From the NCBI GenBank assembly GCA_021108295.1, contig JAIORF010000005.1, forward strand, positions 8,531-72,530: 64,000 nucleotides of DNA, in the 5' to 3' direction. Below are positions 25,941-34,679 of the stretch, in pieces. The stretch's first letter is position 1; each line of letters begins with the position of its first letter. Below the pieces are notes generated by a model. The model searched no databases. It had not been told where the DNA came from and saw nothing but the letters and a program-made list of their open reading frames with translations. Source of the DNA: a bacterium. Lineage in GTDB: Bacteria; Patescibacteriota; Dojkabacteria; SC72. The position numbers were made by a program, and so were the translations under genes.

Positions 25941-28900
25941 CTATTCTTCACAAAACTCAACTCTTCCTAACTCACAGAGTGCTTGTTCCATTGCATTCAT
26001 CTCAGAATCTTTCTCATCAAGTCTATCTTCTATACCACTTACCCTTTCAACCAGTGCAACAAAGTCCTCATCCTCACTTAAATCACCTAGCTCATCTATT
26101 CGTACCTCTAAGCTAGCTACTGAGTCACCTAACTCTTCAATGGAGAGAGTTTGGTCTGTAAATCCATTAACTTTCTCGTCCAGTTCTTGTACTGCGTTAA
26201 TAAGGGGGACTATGAAGGTTGAGTAACTTAGAGAGTAGAAATCATCTCCACTCTGAGGTCTATTCAAACCACTAAACTCAACACCCTCAAGTGCTGCTTC
26301 TACCTCTTGTGCAATGAGGCCGGTATATTCAGTACCTGTGTTACCCTCTTTGTAATTAAAGGTAACAGGGTTTAGCTTGTTGATAAACTCAAGACCTAGA
26401 ACACTCTCCTCTATATTCTCCTTCAAACGTCTGTCTGATGGATTTGACCATGCTACTTGCCCTTCAATAACAGAAACATTAGTGTCTCCAATTCTCACCT
26501 TATTGTTAGCGTTAACGGTAGCACCATTACCAATGGCTGTAGCGTTAGTAAGACCACTAGTAGAAACATCAGCCTCATAGCCAAGAGCTGTATTGTTACT
26601 TCCGGTGGTGTTTGTATCCATTGCGTATCTACCCATTGCAACATTACCACTCCCTGAATTGTTAGCTAATAAAGCGCTCCACCCTACCGCAACATTGCTA
26701 TCTCCGCTTGAATTAACCAGCAATGTAGAGTGCCCAAGAGCTGTATTTCTCTGTCCTGAGTTAGCACTTGCCGTAGTGCTTCCTCTCAATGCTTCATACC
26801 CAACGGCTGTATTATAAGTGGACTGTCCTGATGTTCTATTATCTGCATAGTACATTGCACCATATCCTACTGCTGTACTTTCACTATTTGCTACATTATT
26901 ACGAAGAGCATTCACTCCATTAGCTGTGTTGGAGCCTCCTGTAGAGTTGAGATAGAGAGAATTTACACCATTAGCTGTGTTGAAGTATCCTGTGGTGTTA
27001 ACACGGAGAGCATCATTACCATTAGCTGTGTTGTAGCTTCCTGTGGTGTTAGCGTAGAGAGCACTATCCCCAACTGCAGTGTTGCGTTGACCTGTATTAT
27101 TAGCAGCTGTACCACTTCCTCTTAATGCTTCATAACCAACAGCTGTATTATATGTATCTCTTCCTGCTATACGACTATCTGCATAGTACATTGCGCCGTA
27201 TCCCATTGCTGTACTTCTACTGTTGGCTACATTGGAGTTGAGAGCATACATACCACTAGCTGTGTTGTAGCCTCCTGTGGTGTTGGAATAGAGAGAAAAG
27301 TAACCACTGGCTGTATTGCGACTCCCCGTGGTATTATTTTCAAGCGACTCAGAGCCATTGGCCGTATTAAAACTTCCTGAATTATTATTATAAAGTGCAG
27401 TAAGACCAGTAGCTGTATTATGGTACCCGGAAACATTTGAATAAAGTGCTCCACGCCCATTAGCTGTGTTAGCATAACCTGTAGTATTAGCATTTCCCGC
27501 CCCGATACCTACGAATGTATTTAATTGTCCATCAGCTCCCGCTGTATGAGATAGATTGGTTCCACCATCTCCTATGACTAAAGATCCAGTAAAACTCGTT
27601 TGATCAGGAAGATAAACAACCTGAGTACTATTAATACCTATCTTCCTATCAATGACTGACGAACTCCCAACAATTTCCAATCTAAAATTTGGAGTAGCTG
27701 TCCCTATCCCCACCCTATCCGTTGAACCGTCAGTGAAGAAAAGATGAGTTTCATTATCACCTTCTACTCGAAAATCAGTTTGAGTTCCTCCTTCGTTAAT
27801 AGCTATCTCACTACTACTAAATTGAGCATCTATCATCGCTCGACCACCAGTAAATAGCTGCCAACGATCCGGACTAAAATATGTATGAGTATTAGCATCT
27901 CCATTATGGTAGATATAGTCATTAATACCAACATCACCAGCCACTTCCAATTTATAAATCGGTAAAACAGGAGTATCAATCCCCACATTACCACTCGTGT
28001 CAATTATTAACCGATTAGCAACAGCTGTCTGATCACTAATATAAAAAATTCCGTTGTTGTGTGAATTTATACTCCACTCCCTACCTCCACCAGTATTTGT
28101 TATAGCAATTTTTAAACTCCCGTCTCCCTCAACACCAGAAAGATGAAGCGGATAATTAGGACTTGTTGTCCCAATTCCTACATCACCATTCTGTAGAAAT
28201 GTCATAAGGGCAGATCCTATATCATTGTTATGTCCCACATCTACCCCACTAGCTATATCCATACGATAGTTTTCTCCAGCATCTCGTCCTATTAGTGCCC
28301 AGCCTTGATCAACCACCGCTTCAGAACCAAATTTTATCACTGCTTCGGAATTGGCATTTGTCACACTTAAAAAAGCATCATATGTAAAACCATAAAACTC
28401 AAGCTCACTATCATCACTGTTTGCAGTTACTTCAAGAGCATGCCCTAAATTCTGTGCTGAAACCTCTATCGCAGCTGTTGGTGAGTTTGTCCCAACACCC
28501 AACCTATCACTACTATTATCCCAGAACAAATTAGTATTCGCTTCTGTAACTGTACTACCCGTTGTGAAAAGAACTGATCCTGCTGTATATCCAGAAGGTG
28601 TATCTGTAAGACCTAGGAAAGTTGTAGCTCCTACTCCTCCCGTATCTATTGCACACGCCCACGCCGAACCATTCCATTTCATTATTTCTCCACTTGCACA
28701 TCCGTTCTGTCCTATATCACCCAAAAGAATACTAGATGTTAAGTTAAGCTTTGAGTAAGCAATTGATGCTGTATCAGAAATATCCACATTTGCTATTGTC
28801 CCATCCTCTATTTTAAGTGAAGTTACTACACCATCAAAAAGTTTTGATGTAGTTATTGCTCCGTCTTTTATCTTCACAGAGGTCACACTACTACTACCCA

Positions 28901-29519
28901 AGTGCTGAGTGAGAACTACTGCATCTTGAAGTTTACCTGAGGAAATTGAACCATCAAGTATCTTTACTGTTGTTACACTTCCATTTGCTAGTTTCTCAGT
29001 TGTTACTGCACCATTTGCTAACTTCACTGTTATCACGCTTCCATCCTCTATCTCAGTTGAACCACCATCATCTGTTGTAGTCCCTTCTGCTTCTTCTAGC
29101 TTTACAATTCTATCTACAAACACCTTTGCTAACTTCTCCTCAGTAATACTCCCATCTTCAACCTCAATTTCAGTCGGTGCATATTCTGTTACTGTACCCT
29201 CTATTATCTCACCATCTGCTGTTTCTAACTGAAGATTCCCCGAAGGCATTCCATCTGCTATGTTTCCACTCACCATCTTTGCTGTAGTCGTAGTTCCATC
29301 TGGAAGCTCTATCTCTACCGAAGTAAACACATCTTCTGCCAGTTTGTCGTAGGAAATAGATCCTTCCTCTAACTCTCCTCCTCGGAGTTCTTCCAATTCA
29401 ACCTGTTGCTTACTATTGTGGATTACTTGAACAGTGGTAGCACCGACCAAGCCAACTGCCATAACTATTAGGAATACTACACTTGCGAAACCTTTGAAAT
29501 ATGATTTGTGATTGGGCAT
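25941..29519 (-). CDS. Large secreted/anchored modular fibre-like protein (1192 aa) with an N-terminal signal-anchor, 11-residue KIxDGxIxxxKL repeats, NTAxG fibre repeats and a C-terminal intramolecular-chaperone (S74-like) domain.
   Basis: MPNHKSYFKGFASVVFLIVMAVGLVGA. Repeats ITTEKLANGSVTTVKILDGSISSGKLQD.... Module TTFLGLTDTPSGYTAGSVLFTTGSTVTEANTNLFWDN shared with other giant genes. C-terminus SDRRLKENIEESVLGLEFINKLNPVTFNYKEGNTGTEYTGLIAQEVEAALEGVEF. DNA at 26170..26470 is about 90% identical to 11440..11740. Confidence 0.85.
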   Translation of the reverse strand: MPNHKSYFKGFASVVFLIVMAVGLVGATTVQVIHNSKQQVELEELRGGELEEGSISYDKLAEDVFTSVEIELPDGTTTTAKMVSGNIADGMPSGNLQLETADGEIIEGTVTEYAPTEIEVEDGSITEEKLAKVFVDRIVKLEEAEGTTTDDGGSTEIEDGSVITVKLANGAVTTEKLANGSVTTVKILDGSISSGKLQDAVVLTQHLGSSSVTSVKIKDGAITTSKLFDGVVTSLKIEDGTIANVDISDTASIAYSKLNLTSSILLGDIGQNGCASGEIMKWNGSAWACAIDTGGVGATTFLGLTDTPSGYTAGSVLFTTGSTVTEANTNLFWDNSSDRLGVGTNSPTAAIEVSAQNLGHALEVTANSDDSELEFYGFTYDAFLSVTNANSEAVIKFGSEAVVDQGWALIGRDAGENYRMDIASGVDVGHNNDIGSALMTFLQNGDVGIGTTSPNYPLHLSGVEGDGSLKIAITNTGGGREWSINSHNNGIFYISDQTAVANRLIIDTSGNVGIDTPVLPIYKLEVAGDVGINDYIYHNGDANTHTYFSPDRWQLFTGGRAMIDAQFSSSEIAINEGGTQTDFRVEGDNETHLFFTDGSTDRVGIGTATPNFRLEIVGSSSVIDRKIGINSTQVVYLPDQTSFTGSLVIGDGGTNLSHTAGADGQLNTFVGIGAGNANTTGYANTANGRGALYSNVSGYHNTATGLTALYNNNSGSFNTANGSESLENNTTGSRNTASGYFSLYSNTTGGYNTASGMYALNSNVANSRSTAMGYGAMYYADSRIAGRDTYNTAVGYEALRGSGTAANNTGQRNTAVGDSALYANTTGSYNTANGNDALRVNTTGYFNTANGVNSLYLNSTGGSNTANGVNALRNNVANSESTAVGYGAMYYADNRTSGQSTYNTAVGYEALRGSTTASANSGQRNTALGHSTLLVNSSGDSNVAVGWSALLANNSGSGNVAMGRYAMDTNTTGSNNTALGYEADVSTSGLTNATAIGNGATVNANNKVRIGDTNVSVIEGQVAWSNPSDRRLKENIEESVLGLEFINKLNPVTFNYKEGNTGTEYTGLIAQEVEAALEGVEFSGLNRPQSGDDFYSLSYSTFIVPLINAVQELDEKVNGFTDQTLSIEELGDSVASLEVRIDELGDLSEDEDFVALVERVSGIEDRLDEKDSEMNAMEQALCELGRVEFCEE

Positions 29520-29606
29520 GTTTAAAAGACCTTATTTTAATTACTAATAGAATAGCATAAGGTGAAGAAACACTTCAAGAAAACGGGAGCTTATAGCCTT
29601 TGTTCT

Positions 29607-30314
29607 TTATTGCTGTAGAGTCGCATCTCGGAAGGTAAACCCTTCCTGTTTTATAAACACAAACTCAAAAATCTCCTTCTCTATTTCATCCCCTCTTTGC
29701 CAAAAGTAAGTGACTATTGTTTTGTACTCCTCACCATCCCTATCCACCTCTCTACTAACCTGCACCTCTATTGGACCACTCAATCCTTCATCAGTATGAC
29801 TATCCCTCCAACTATTCTTAACTGCTAGATATTCATCTTCTGTATACTCTTCCTTTTGTTCTGCCTCTAGATACTGATACAGAATCCTGTACTTCCTAAA
29901 CCTCTCGGCATCTTCAATCTGACGTGAGAACTCAAGTACACTACTCTCAATACCTATATCTATACTCTTTCTCTTCTTCACTGGTATTCTCACCTCTTCA
30001 AAGAAATCACTCCCTACAAGAACTAGAGTGTCATCATCCCAAACTTCTAGACTAAACTCCCCCCTCTCGTCTGTCTTTGTATCTGTCTCTCCATCTATTA
30101 GACTGTTTACCTCTACTCCTTTCAATGGGCTATCTGTCTCTAAATCATATACTCTACCTTCCACCGTTATTCTCTCTGCAGGTATTTCCCTGTTGATATA
30201 TTTAAAGAGAAGGAATATGGATAGGGCGATTACACCAAGAATGAGAACTATACGAAAGATCTTATTGTTCCAGAGAAGTCTTAGTATTGATGTCCTTTTC
30301 TTTTTACGTATCAT
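29607..30314 (-). CDS. Hypothetical membrane-anchored protein with a carboxypeptidase-regulatory-like (prealbumin fold) domain.
   Basis: N-terminal TM IVLILGVIALSIFLLF, then ITVEGRVYDLETDSPLKGVEVNSLIDGETDTKTDERGEFSLEV (pattern GxVxDxxTxxPLxGxxV...TDxxGxFxL). Its start abuts the stop of the upstream gene (30314/30317). Confidence 0.55.
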   Translation of the reverse strand: MIRKKKRTSILRLLWNNKIFRIVLILGVIALSIFLLFKYINREIPAERITVEGRVYDLETDSPLKGVEVNSLIDGETDTKTDERGEFSLEVWDDDTLVLVGSDFFEEVRIPVKKRKSIDIGIESSVLEFSRQIEDAERFRKYRILYQYLEAEQKEEYTEDEYLAVKNSWRDSHTDEGLSGPIEVQVSREVDRDGEEYKTIVTYFWQRGDEIEKEIFEFVFIKQEGFTFRDATLQQ

Positions 30315-30316
30315 CT

Positions 30317-32521
30317 TTATTGTTGTTTTCTAAGTTTATCCCACTTTCTATATTGCCAAATATTGATGATAATGAGGATAACTACAATTATCCAGAACCA
30401 CCAAGGTATTAGTTGTTTACGCACTATTTCAAACTCTCCCATCCACTTCTCATCCACAATTTCCTTACCACCTTTTGTAGAAACTGCATATACATCATGT
30501 ACTCCCTCTGGAAGGATATTAGCTGCTCGTATTTGCCACTTACCTTCATCATCTGATGTAGTCATCAGGATGAGTGGGTCAGATTTAATCATGATAGCGA
30601 CCATCATATTTGGTTCTGCTTCTCCCTCGAAGATAATTTCATCACCTTCTATCTTTATTCTCACCGTTATATCCCCTACTATCTGACCATTGATCTCAGA
30701 GAGTGATACGGATTCTAGACCAGAAGCAGACGGCAATATTATCTTCGCACTTGTACATATCAGCTCCCCTATTCTCTGAATCTCCTCTGCTGGTAAGGTG
30801 ATAATTTCTGCGTCAATTTCTGGACACTCTTCACACTCCTCACATTCTTCACAGGTTGGACAGGTCTCACAAATTGGACAGTCTGCAGGCTCTGTAGTTC
30901 CTACTGCTAGACCGTATGAGACTTGGTCCATAGAGTTACTAGCTAAGTCACTCACATTGATAATGACCTCAAGAGCGTAGTAAAGATCTATGTCATCATC
31001 GGGGTTGATTGTAATAAAGTAGTCAGAAGAATCTCCAGAGTATGAGAATGGATGTACTCCTGCTCTAGTATATGTCACTCCATCTACTATGATTGATAGA
31101 CTATCTATATCTACCCCTGTACCATCATCTGTACAGTGGAAAGTAATATCATCAGAAATTGCCATAGATACAGAATTCCTCTCTGGAGTATACAAACTAC
31201 ACTCAGGAGCAACAGTATCTGCAGTTGTGAAAGAGTAAGAGGTATTTAGGGTATTGATGGTTGGTAGTCCGTAGTCGTCTACAGTGATACTCACACTCAC
31301 AAGGGTATTCTCTGGAAAGTCGGTTGTTGGATTGATACTAATATTGTAATCATACACATTTCCATAGTCATTGTTTCCTAGTACCGTCACTGTCATTTCT
31401 AAATCTGCACTGTCGTACACAAAAGTCCCCCAAGCTGGTGCAGAGATAGTTACACTCAAGGTAGAGATATCAACACCAGTACCCGGATAGCCTCCTGGTA
31501 CAGCAAGATCTCTTACATTGAAATTAACATTGGTAACTGTAGATACCCCACTCTGTCCATTGTTAGGATTACGATTGTAAACGGAAGGTGCATCATTATC
31601 ATCTTCAACTGTAAAGGTGTATGTATGGTTTGAAAGCGTATGAACAGTAGGTACTCCTAAATCGGAGATGGTAATATCAACCGTCATGACTTCAGTGTAG
31701 TAGAAGTTGTTGGCTGGATTAATGACTACATCACAGTAGTCTACCCTGTTAGCATTTGTAGTATGGCAATTGTACGACACTCCCGCACTTACTTCAGTGT
31801 AATTAACAGTCCCCCAATTAGCACCAGAAACACTCACTTCCAGAGTGCTAATATCTACACCAGCATCTCCATCGTTAAGTCTAAACTCAATATTGTCATT
31901 AGCGGCCACATCAACTGCACCATCATCAGGATCACGATCACTTACAGTGGGAGTATCAGCGTCTGCCAGCAACGATACGGTGTAGTCATCTGCCTGTTCC
32001 AAGATATCATTCCCTGTACCATACTCAGCTAAATTACAATCAGTAGTTACCCCAGGAGTGAAATCGTAGTCCCAATCGTAGTTACCACTATCCGACAAAA
32101 CCGTAAAGTAGAAATATGCGAAAGTACCAGTACCATTGTAAGAGTTCCCTGGATTGTTGTAAGAACCTAGCTTAATCTGAGTAGCAGATACAATATTGTT
32201 GGTATAGTTGTTGTACTGAGAACCAGTATATATAGAGGTAGCAGCAGTAGAACAATTGCTCTGTACAATCTCAACTAAAGTATTGTCGTAATCAATAACC
32301 AAGTCAGCACCACCCGTATTATGACCATCTGTATCAAGTACAACATTAGCTCGTACACACCTACCTCTATAGAATTCATTATTCAATCCTCCCTGTCCCT
32401 GAGGAATATCAAAAGTAAAAGAAGTTGCAGCTTGTACAACAGAAGGAACTGCTAGAAACACAAAAGCTATCCCAACGAATATGAATATTTGAACTACCCT
32501 TCTATACATACTATTTATCAT
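30317..32521 (-). CDS. Surface protein with a signal peptide, a candidate cohesin-like N-terminal module, three Ig-like repeats, a Cys-rich CxxC/EEC stalk and a C-terminal TM anchor. The ORF is open to 32557; the start is probably an internal Met.
   Basis: FIFVGIAFVFLAVPSVVQA is a signal peptide. ANVVLDTDGHNTGGADLVIDYDNTLVEIVQ ... GTFAYFYFTVLSD resembles the cohesin signature (..F.L.YDp.vLe.v). Three repeats of P.V..R.P..G...V.....I.F.....G.GVDI.TL.V.. are Big/SbsA-like. Then CPICETCPTCEECEECEECPE and the C-terminal LIPWWFWIIVVILIIINIW anchor. Confidence 0.6.
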   Translation of the reverse strand: MINSMYRRVVQIFIFVGIAFVFLAVPSVVQAATSFTFDIPQGQGGLNNEFYRGRCVRANVVLDTDGHNTGGADLVIDYDNTLVEIVQSNCSTAATSIYTGSQYNNYTNNIVSATQIKLGSYNNPGNSYNGTGTFAYFYFTVLSDSGNYDWDYDFTPGVTTDCNLAEYGTGNDILEQADDYTVSLLADADTPTVSDRDPDDGAVDVAANDNIEFRLNDGDAGVDISTLEVSVSGANWGTVNYTEVSAGVSYNCHTTNANRVDYCDVVINPANNFYYTEVMTVDITISDLGVPTVHTLSNHTYTFTVEDDNDAPSVYNRNPNNGQSGVSTVTNVNFNVRDLAVPGGYPGTGVDISTLSVTISAPAWGTFVYDSADLEMTVTVLGNNDYGNVYDYNISINPTTDFPENTLVSVSITVDDYGLPTINTLNTSYSFTTADTVAPECSLYTPERNSVSMAISDDITFHCTDDGTGVDIDSLSIIVDGVTYTRAGVHPFSYSGDSSDYFITINPDDDIDLYYALEVIINVSDLASNSMDQVSYGLAVGTTEPADCPICETCPTCEECEECEECPEIDAEIITLPAEEIQRIGELICTSAKIILPSASGLESVSLSEINGQIVGDITVRIKIEGDEIIFEGEAEPNMMVAIMIKSDPLILMTTSDDEGKWQIRAANILPEGVHDVYAVSTKGGKEIVDEKWMGEFEIVRKQLIPWWFWIIVVILIIINIWQYRKWDKLRKQQ

Positions 32522-32537
32522 ATCACTTTGTCTAATT

Positions 32538-33314
32538 TTAATCTCCATCTGTTCCATAGTTATTAATTAATTTCGTCATATCCAAAGAATTGACCTGGTG
32601 GTTTTCATCAACATCAGCTCGCTCATCAGAAACACCAGCATCGTTTTCTCCCCAATGCGAAACTAGATATGTTGCATCCAAAGAGTTCACTTGATTGTCC
32701 CCATCAGGGATTGTACCACTAGTATATACATCACCACATAAGAGAGGATCTGCACCAGCTAAGGTAAAATCTAAAACATTTGCACCCTCTACCAAAGATT
32801 GGGCTGACAACATCTTCTTCAAATGGGCATAGCCCTTTACTACTACATCGTAAGTCCCAGGAGGGATACCAGTTAACAAAAGGTTTGAGTACTCTCCATC
32901 ATTGTTAGTAGCTACAGCTGCATAGGTTTGTAAAGCTGTTGTCTCTCCCACATTTCTAATTTCAATAATTGCTAGGGTAGAGTTATTACCAACCGCAGGA
33001 AGACGCTTTTCAGGGATTACAGTAAAGTCAATAAGGACATCCCCAGCATCTCCGTACAGATATCCGTGTAAAATATTGAAGTTAGCACTATCAGACTCAC
33101 CAATAGCCAAGTCTCCAACCTGCTGATTCTCAATCTCGTAACCTGCAGAAGAAGAGTCCTCTCCCCCACTGTTCCCCGCATTATCCGGTTCAATTGTATA
33201 GTTAGTAGAGGAAGTTGCTCTTACTTCACCCTGTAATGTAATCCCCAACAAGAGAACTACAATGGGTAAAGAGATATAGATTGCTACTTTTTTAGATATA
33301 GGCAGTTTCCCCAT
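32538..33314 (-). CDS. Secreted protein with a C-terminal dockerin-like tandem Ca-binding module. Start at Met 33314 (MGKLPISKK...).
   Basis: Signal peptide VAIYISLPIVVLLLGITLQG. The C-terminus has two EF-hand-like segments, IPDGDNQVNSLDATYLVSHWG and DVDENHQVNSLDMTKLINNYG. The second fits the dockerin loop D1-x-(N/D)3-x-(D/N)5-x-x-x-N9-x-x-D12 followed by an L..Y helix. Compare GDVNDDGKVNSTDAVALKRYVL. Confidence 0.6.
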   Translation of the reverse strand: MGKLPISKKVAIYISLPIVVLLLGITLQGEVRATSSTNYTIEPDNAGNSGGEDSSSAGYEIENQQVGDLAIGESDSANFNILHGYLYGDAGDVLIDFTVIPEKRLPAVGNNSTLAIIEIRNVGETTALQTYAAVATNNDGEYSNLLLTGIPPGTYDVVVKGYAHLKKMLSAQSLVEGANVLDFTLAGADPLLCGDVYTSGTIPDGDNQVNSLDATYLVSHWGENDAGVSDERADVDENHQVNSLDMTKLINNYGTDGD

Positions 33315-33472
33315 GCTATTTATATATATAGTTACCTTATACAATACCACCAAATGAAGCTACTTCGCAATGCTCGTTAGGAAGGCTTATATTATTTCCC
33401 CTTTGCTTTTTCCTCTTGCATCATATATATTTAAGTTAGTGATTTATTCATTTAATTTTTTTATTAATAAAT

Positions 33473-33946
33473 ATGAAAGAAGCAAAAACATCACCAAAGA
33501 AGAAGGGCTTTGTTAAGTTACTCCTACCCCTTTTAGTTGTAGTACTATTGGGAGCACTTGCCTTCCTATACCTTCAATATGATGAGGCTCAGAAGGAGAT
33601 TGTAAAACTTGGAGATCCTGCATACATCTCGGAATTGCAAGAGAATCAAGCAAAGATAACTCTGGATAGGCTTGGAAAGATTATGTTACTTCCAGATGAG
33701 AGTCCTACTATTGCAACCATTGTAGATGCAGATGCATTAAGAGGAGAGAACGAGCTCTTTTACAAGGATGCACAGAATGATGATAAGTTAATTATCTTTT
33801 CTGATAAGGCAATTCTCTTTAGAGAGAGTGAAGACTTAGTCATAAATGTTGCTCCTGTATTTCTAAATCCAGAGGCTGAACAAGCAGTAGACGATGCAGA
33901 AACAGTAGATGAAGTAGCAGATGAGACTACAGAGGAAACGTTCTAA
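33473..33946 (+). CDS. Hypothetical membrane-anchored protein with an acidic C-terminus.
   Basis: N-terminal TM LLLPLLVVVLLGALAFLYL. No recognisable domain. Confidence 0.5.
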   Translation: MKEAKTSPKKKGFVKLLLPLLVVVLLGALAFLYLQYDEAQKEIVKLGDPAYISELQENQAKITLDRLGKIMLLPDESPTIATIVDADALRGENELFYKDAQNDDKLIIFSDKAILFRESEDLVINVAPVFLNPEAEQAVDDAETVDEVADETTEETF

Positions 33947-33974
33947 TCTCTGATTCTAACGATATCTAACGAAT

Positions 33975-34008
33975 TAGACAGGATTAATATCCTGTCTAGT
34001 TTTTTATA
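33975..34008 (+). terminator. Rho-independent terminator after the 33473..33946 gene.
   Basis: Perfect 10-bp stem tagacaggat / atcctgtcta with loop taat, followed by gttttttata. Confidence 0.6.
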
Positions 34009-34057
34009 CCCTGTGAATATGAAATAGCATGGAACCTAAAGAGGGTAGAACTTTAAT

Positions 34058-34516
34058 CTATAACCTAACTTCCAAACCTAAGTCTATTTCTTCAAAGCCT
34101 TCTTTTTTATAAAACCCAATAGCACCGCTGTTTTGCCAGTATGCAGTCACATACATCTTAGTAGCTCCCTCGGTTTTAGACCATTCTTTAGCTTTCTCTA
34201 CAAGGATATGCCCTATTCCCTGAGATCTATATTGGGGCAGAACTCCCATATTCTCTAATTCCACGAACTTACCCTTTCTATAACCAAAATCTTTAAAACC
34301 CAATGCTATATATCCGACTGCTTCCCCATCTACTTCTGCAATAAAACTTTTTCCATAACTTCCATCTGCTAATTCCTTGTAATATTTAACCCCAACTTCA
34401 GAGAAGGGCCATTCCAGATCTAGATCTTTATCGAACTCTTTGTCGTGGATAAAAACTTCATTATTGAGAGATTGGAGGACTTTCCAATCATTAAGATTGG
34501 TTTCCTGAATATTCAT
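34058..34516 (-). CDS. GNAT family N-acetyltransferase.
   Basis: Acetyl-CoA binding motif VLPQYRSQGIGHILVEKAKEW (Q/R-x-x-G-x-G/A) and GNAT fold length (152 aa). Confidence 0.8.
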   Translation of the reverse strand: MNIQETNLNDWKVLQSLNNEVFIHDKEFDKDLDLEWPFSEVGVKYYKELADGSYGKSFIAEVDGEAVGYIALGFKDFGYRKGKFVELENMGVLPQYRSQGIGHILVEKAKEWSKTEGATKMYVTAYWQNSGAIGFYKKEGFEEIDLGLEVRL

Positions 34517-34569
34517 AGAAATAACATTATAGATTATTTTCGTATTATATCATCTTATCTGTAAGAACA

Positions 34570-34646
34570 TGGTGGGAGTAGATGGGCTTGAACCATCGAC
34601 CTCGGCTTTATAAGAACCGTGCTCTAACCACCTGAGCTATACTCCC
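34570..34646 (-). tRNA. tRNA-Ile with anticodon UAU (reads AUA).
   Basis: Reverse complement GGGAGTATAGCTCAGGTGGTTAGAGCACGGTTCTTATAAAGCCGAGGTCGATGGTTCAAGCCCATCTACTCCCACCA. Anticodon stem CGGTT/AGCCG, loop CTTATAA. The body is highly similar to bacterial tRNA-Ile(GAU). Confidence 0.7.
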
Positions 34647-34679
34647 ATATCCTGTGATTCTACCAAAAAAGCCCCTAAA

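Noticed and set aside
2619-29519. Considered whether the highly repetitive DNA might be a CRISPR array or a diversity-generating retroelement target.
   Set aside because: Repeats are long (250-780 bp), in-frame coding modules with no short regular repeat-spacer periodicity. No reverse transcriptase, template repeat or cas genes are in the window. The lectin-like C-terminus of the 910-aa protein lacks the FGE-type DGR VR signature.
2212-30314. Intact prophage hypothesis (tail-fibre IMC domains + BRO-N + nearby recombinase and tRNA).
   Set aside because: No capsid, portal, terminase, tail tube/tape-measure or lysis genes anywhere in the interval. The fibre genes have secretion signal peptides. 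Better explained as domesticated phage-derived adhesins.
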